A stretch of DNA of 64,000 nt, taken from the IMG/VR virus record IMGVR_UViG_3300008255_000002; one strand, given 5' to 3'. The stretch is from a virus. Shown here piece after piece: positions 60,268 through 64,000 of this stretch (positions are counted from its first letter, which is position 1; the number at the start of each line of letters is the position of its first letter). The translations under genes were made by a program, and so were the position numbers. The notes under the pieces are model-generated. The model was not told where the DNA came from. It ran no database searches and was given only the letters and a program-made list of their open reading frames with translations.

Positions 60268-60279
60268 ATTAAATACACC
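60268..60279 (-). promoter_or_regulatory. Putative phage promoter motif GTGTATTTAAT
   Basis: 43 nt before start of 59435..60235. Confidence 0.55.
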
Positions 60280-60298
60280 TTATCAAGAGGATAATATA

Positions 60299-60565
60299 TT
60301 ATTTACCTTGAGCTTTCTTGTGTAGCAAAGCAACAACAAAAATAACCAATGCGTCTACGACAGCTTGAGCATCAAAAGTTGTCCAATCAACAGTAACAAA
60401 TAAATGTTTAACTAACTCTGTTAGCTCGCCACCAAAAATAACATAAAGAATAACAAGCAGAATCGCTGATACAGCTTCTTTCCAAGAAATCTTTCCTTTA
60501 ACTGAATCAGCAAAAGGTTGCCATAATTTTGTAATCAAAAAACTAACTACTTTTAGTTGTGCCAT
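60299..60565 (-). CDS. Small two-TM membrane protein (holin-like)
   Basis: 88 aa, two hydrophobic helices, basic C-terminus, GGAG RBS. Confidence 0.5.
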   Translation of the reverse strand: MAQLKVVSFLITKLWQPFADSVKGKISWKEAVSAILLVILYVIFGGELTELVKHLFVTVDWTTFDAQAVVDALVIFVVALLHKKAQGK

Positions 60566-60581
60566 TTTAAACTCTCCATTT

Positions 60582-61061
60582 TTATTCTAAAATAACCTTA
60601 TAAAGCATTTTAAAGAAACCAGTATTCATACTTAAATCTATAATTAAGCTAATCCACCCTAAAATTAAAACTAATATCAATATATTTTTTTTTTGAGATT
60701 CTTTCTGAACTTTTACATCAATTTTATTAAATTGTTGTCTTAAATTATCTATATCACTTTGAAGTTTAAGTATCTGTACATCTATTTTTTCTTCAAATTT
60801 TTCTAATTTTTGATCTAGCTTATTAATAACTGTAAGATTTTTCTCAAATAACTTATTTAATTGTTCTTGATTTTTATCAAAACCCTCAAGTCTAAATAAG
60901 ACAGAGGATTTTCCTTTATACATTGTATTATTTAACCCTTCAATATTATGATTTAACTTATTAAGAGTTAAAGATATGTCATCTAAGGAATCTTTTATCT
61001 TTCCTTGGATTTGTTGTGTTCTTTCGTCAATAACAGCTATTTGAGTATTAATATTACTCAT
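60582..61061 (-). CDS. Coiled-coil protein with C-terminal TM helix
   Basis: Heptad pattern then ILILVLILGWISLII. Confidence 0.55.
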   Translation of the reverse strand: MSNINTQIAVIDERTQQIQGKIKDSLDDISLTLNKLNHNIEGLNNTMYKGKSSVLFRLEGFDKNQEQLNKLFEKNLTVINKLDQKLEKFEEKIDVQILKLQSDIDNLRQQFNKIDVKVQKESQKKNILILVLILGWISLIIDLSMNTGFFKMLYKVILE

Positions 61062-61576
61062 TATACTTTGCTATCGTAGTTTGTTTGTTCGGGAACAGGA
61101 TCACCAGTTAGATAAGTAAGTTTGCTTGTAGTTGATCTTGATACGCGAGCAGCATTATCATTACCAAAAGAATCTGAAGATACAGGTATTTTCGATGAAG
61201 GTAAACCAGTGAATAAATCAAAAGTTACAAGGTCTGGACGTAGCGAAAATCTTGTTTCATTATATCTAATTGATTTACGACTTGTATTTCGTGGCGACAT
61301 TAAAATTGTTGAATTGGAAACACCACCAGCAATTGCTCTTGTTACAGCACGCATAATAAAATTACCGACACTTGTATTTGCAAATACGCCACCAGAAATT
61401 AATTTTTCAGTAACATTAATTTTTTCTTTCATAGGATTGGAAGACTGTACAGCAATTAATGTTCTTCCAATTTCTTTAGTGATAACATTATCTCTAGTTT
61501 TACCATAAATCATAACGCCACCGTTGTTTTTAACAGCGTTAGCATCGATTATTTTCTCTAATACAATTTTAGCCAT
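61061..61576 (-). CDS. Hypothetical protein (possible virion protein)
   Basis: 171-aa ORF, AGGAG RBS, Ser/Thr/Gly-rich. Confidence 0.55.
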   Translation of the reverse strand: MAKIVLEKIIDANAVKNNGGVMIYGKTRDNVITKEIGRTLIAVQSSNPMKEKINVTEKLISGGVFANTSVGNFIMRAVTRAIAGGVSNSTILMSPRNTSRKSIRYNETRFSLRPDLVTFDLFTGLPSSKIPVSSDSFGNDNAARVSRSTTSKLTYLTGDPVPEQTNYDSKV

Positions 61577-61587
61577 AACGAACTCCT

Positions 61588-61613
61588 AATATAAAAAAGC
61601 GGCTTTTTATATT
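61588..61613. other. Imperfect inverted repeat (terminator- or operator-like)
   Basis: AATATAAAAAAGC-G-GCTTTTTATATT in intergenic DNA. Confidence 0.5.
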
Positions 61614-61623
61614 ATAATACACT
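61611..61623 (-). promoter_or_regulatory. Putative phage promoter motif GTGTATTATAAT
   Basis: 46 nt before start of 61061..61576. Confidence 0.55.
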
Positions 61624-62338
61624 AATCTTTTAGAACAGAATTTATTTTAGGTTGTATATCTTCCCAATCAAATAATTTGCCCAAGATAACTAATAAACAG
61701 TGTTTAGAAAAAAAATGTGTAAATTCTATTCCGTTAATCTGAGATATTAATTTAACGTGATATTCTTGTATTGGAAAATTTGTATAACATATCCAACATT
61801 CTCTTTTTAGATATTTGTTAACTTGTCCGTTATGATTATTATTTCTGATTAATTCTAATAACATAACATTTTCGTTCTTTTCAACAAACTTTTCGTCATC
61901 ATCATCATCTTCATCATCATCGTCATTATCTTCATATAAACTCGAAGTATTATAATAATCCCATTTTATTTGTTTTTTAAATTTTTTATCTTTTATTAAT
62001 CCAAGATATGTATCCTGGACTTTTAAAACAACTTGATTTATAAAATCCTCTGATGCTTGAATAATTTCTGATTTTGTTGTTTTATCAGAGTCCGATTTAT
62101 TATTAATAGCATCAATAACAAACTCTCCAATTGTACCCGCACGGATCGCCCCAACAAGATATCCAAAATCATTTGTGTTGATATCTTTATCATCCCAATT
62201 ACATTTAATATTTATGTCGCCATTATCTAAAAGGCTTATATTAATACTTTTTTCGTTTACCATATTAATAATTCCTAACTTCCCAAAAAATTGTGTTTCT
62301 GTTTTTAATAATTCCAACGTCACAAGAATATACCCCAA
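61622..62338 (-). CDS. Hypothetical protein with poly-Asp tract
   Basis: EDNDDDDEDDDDDE; C-terminus resembles Nfu N-terminal scaffold. Confidence 0.55.
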   Translation of the reverse strand: MGYILVTLELLKTETQFFGKLGIINMVNEKSINISLLDNGDINIKCNWDDKDINTNDFGYLVGAIRAGTIGEFVIDAINNKSDSDKTTKSEIIQASEDFINQVVLKVQDTYLGLIKDKKFKKQIKWDYYNTSSLYEDNDDDDEDDDDDEKFVEKNENVMLLELIRNNNHNGQVNKYLKRECWICYTNFPIQEYHVKLISQINGIEFTHFFSKHCLLVILGKLFDWEDIQPKINSVLKD

Positions 62339-62816
62339 ATTCTATAACGGCATTATCATAAGTATCTAATAGTATTTCTAAATCATTATAGCTATTTGGG
62401 TCCATATAATACTTTAATATATATAATGCTTGTGATCGTAATGCCTGATTTGCGTAATTCATTGCGGTGCTTAGTGGTATTTTTTCAAAACTGTATAATA
62501 AATTTAAACCATCATCAAATCTAAAAACCTCACCCTGAATTAACAATTTATGATCTGGTGGACTTTCATTAAAATAAAATTTATTAATATCTGTATTAGA
62601 ATAAAGAGATTTAGATATACAAAATTGTAATGCATCATAAACTGGTATATGGTATTTTTTGAAATCTTCTCTATTTTTATCTTTATATCTTATGGAAACA
62701 TTACCAGCATAATCAGAATTAAATAATTCATTTATGTTATCAAACGATCTTAATTTATTGCCTAACAACTCATTTTTATAGAGTTTATAGAATTCTTTTT
62801 TAGTCTTGATTTTCAT
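62265..62816 (-). CDS. Hypothetical protein, paralog of 55741..56295
   Basis: End-to-end similarity to 55741..56295. Confidence 0.65.
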   Translation of the reverse strand: MKIKTKKEFYKLYKNELLGNKLRSFDNINELFNSDYAGNVSIRYKDKNREDFKKYHIPVYDALQFCISKSLYSNTDINKFYFNESPPDHKLLIQGEVFRFDDGLNLLYSFEKIPLSTAMNYANQALRSQALYILKYYMDPNSYNDLEILLDTYDNAVIEFGVYSCDVGIIKNRNTIFWEVRNY

Positions 62817-63375
62817 TTAGTAATTCGCCCAATACTCTATTAATAAATGTTGCATCTCCATACTCAGAACTTCTAATGGTGTCAATTACACTTCTTATAT
62901 AATAATTATCTATATTATCTGATATATAATTATCAAGAGTTAATTCCCTTAATACAATATTGTTTTGGGTTTTTCCTACTAGATATTCAAAACAACACCC
63001 ATTTGAATATTGCCAATTCTTATTAAAGATGATTTCTGATACAAATTCTACTATAATAGTTTTCCACATATATAAATAATCATATCGTGTCCAATGATCT
63101 ATATTAAATTCAGCAGGATTTATGATTTGTACAAAAGATTGCTTCCCATACTTATCGTGTGATTGAATATATTTTTCAAACTTATACGCTTGATTTTTAT
63201 TATATTCTATAACACTTTCTTTATATGGATTTTTTAATGATTCTAATCCTGTTGTTATTGGCGTGCTAAGATAAACAACATATTTCCCATCTAATATATT
63301 TTTATATGCTTCAGCTACCGCATTTACTTCATCAATATGTGTAACTTGTGATTCTATTTCATCTATTAAATTCAT
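62800..63375 (-). CDS. DUF4406/NDT-like protein
   Basis: VYLSTPITTG, INPA, W...DY, W..SNGC..E. Confidence 0.62.
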   Translation of the reverse strand: MNLIDEIESQVTHIDEVNAVAEAYKNILDGKYVVYLSTPITTGLESLKNPYKESVIEYNKNQAYKFEKYIQSHDKYGKQSFVQIINPAEFNIDHWTRYDYLYMWKTIIVEFVSEIIFNKNWQYSNGCCFEYLVGKTQNNIVLRELTLDNYISDNIDNYYIRSVIDTIRSSEYGDATFINRVLGELLNENQD

Positions 63376-64000
63376 ATAATATAATCCTTTTCTTTGTATT
63401 TTTCTAATCTATTTTTGTCAAATTTATCACAACACTCATTTTTTAATAGTTTTCTATGTTGAACCCATCCATAGAAATTCCCAGACCACTTATATTCATC
63501 GGTAGCCATACCTTGTGCTTCTGCTGGTGATGAATGTGGTGGATATTTTTGATGGTCTTTATTTCCTTCTAGGTTTAATTTTTCCCAAAGATTTAAGTCG
63601 TCTTGTGGATTAGCCGAATTGCCATCAAAAGTTTTATAAGAAATTCTAGCACACCTGGCAGCACTAAATTTAAGAAGGTCTTTGATATTATAAATCTCGC
63701 GCTCATCATCATTAATATATGGTAGGTGCCATTCTCCAACCTCTAATTTTTTTGGTGTAGAGTTATAATATAATTTAGCCATCATAGATACAATTTTTTG
63801 TGCCTCTGGTTGGCTATCATTATGAATCCTTAAATTAAACAGATTATCAAAATTTGTTGCTGTTATTAATTCATCTACAAATAGGTATGGTTCAGAAACT
63901 CTATTTGAATATTGTTTATGTACACCTAACTTATTTAATAGATATTGTGTTAGGAGAGATGTATATAATCCAAATTTCCATACCTGATTAGCTAACCACG
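63372..64000 (-). CDS. thyX: FAD-dependent thymidylate synthase (N-terminus beyond window)
   Basis: Frame open to the edge: GVHKQYSNR..EP, F.LR.H.DSQPE, WHLPY, SAARCARISY, H.SP.E. Confidence 0.85.
   Translation of the reverse strand, partial: WLANQVWKFGLYTSLLTQYLLNKLGVHKQYSNRVSEPYLFVDELITATNFDNLFNLRIHNDSQPEAQKIVSMMAKLYYNSTPKKLEVGEWHLPYINDDEREIYNIKDLLKFSAARCARISYKTFDGNSANPQDDLNLWEKLNLEGNKDHQKYPPHSSPAEAQGMATDEYKWSGNFYGWVQHRKLLKNECCDKFDKNRLEKYKEKDYII

Noticed and set aside
61894-61933. (TCA)n microsatellite
   Set aside because: Simply encodes the Asp/Glu tract; imperfect and in frame
1150-62369. All + strand ORFs, and nested minus-strand ORFs 32104..32316, 48817..49002 and 51992..52192
   Set aside because: They lie wholly or largely within well-supported minus-strand genes and have no motifs; shadow ORFs
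1-64000. CRISPR array, tRNA, rRNA or large ncRNA
   Set aside because: No regularly spaced repeats or cloverleaf-like segments seen; gaps are short or filled by small ORFs. Not confirmed with tRNAscan or Infernal
1-64000. Stop-codon reassignment as in some huge phages
   Set aside because: Long genes are intact in code 11, and TAA, TAG and TGA all terminate genes at sensible ends

Overview
AT-rich segment of a large (jumbo/huge) dsDNA tailed-phage genome. Essentially all real genes lie on the minus strand, densely packed and often overlapping; the + strand ORFs are shadows. In genome order: (1) 1-28.4 kb, an unusually large glycan-biosynthesis region (about 8 glycosyltransferase-like genes, 3 SDR epimerase/reductases, a nucleotidyltransferase, a HAD phosphatase, 3-4 methyltransferases), interrupted by an RNA-repair cluster (Pnk/phosphoesterase, stand-alone S4 domain, Rnl1-like and DRB0094-like ligases, YqeY) and a GMP reductase fused to an HNH domain; (2) 28.4-47.5 kb, a replication module (SSB, DnaE split into two genes carrying 3 inteins with a DEDD exonuclease between them, MazG, Cas4/RecB-like nuclease, dNMP kinase, primase, DnaB, RecA); (3) 48-57 kb, PhoH, a macrodomain, intein-containing class II RNR, a secreted trypsin-like protease and dCMP deaminase; (4) 58-64 kb, a membrane/secreted/papain-protease cassette, hypothetical genes, a DUF4406-like gene and ThyX (cut by the window edge). 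Intact, frameshifted and vestigial homing endonucleases are abundant. Several accessory genes are broken by single-base changes in homopolymer runs, and a GTGTATW motif recurs 41-51 nt upstream of starts in the right third. No tRNA, rRNA or CRISPR array was recognised. All assignments come from motif reading, not database searches.
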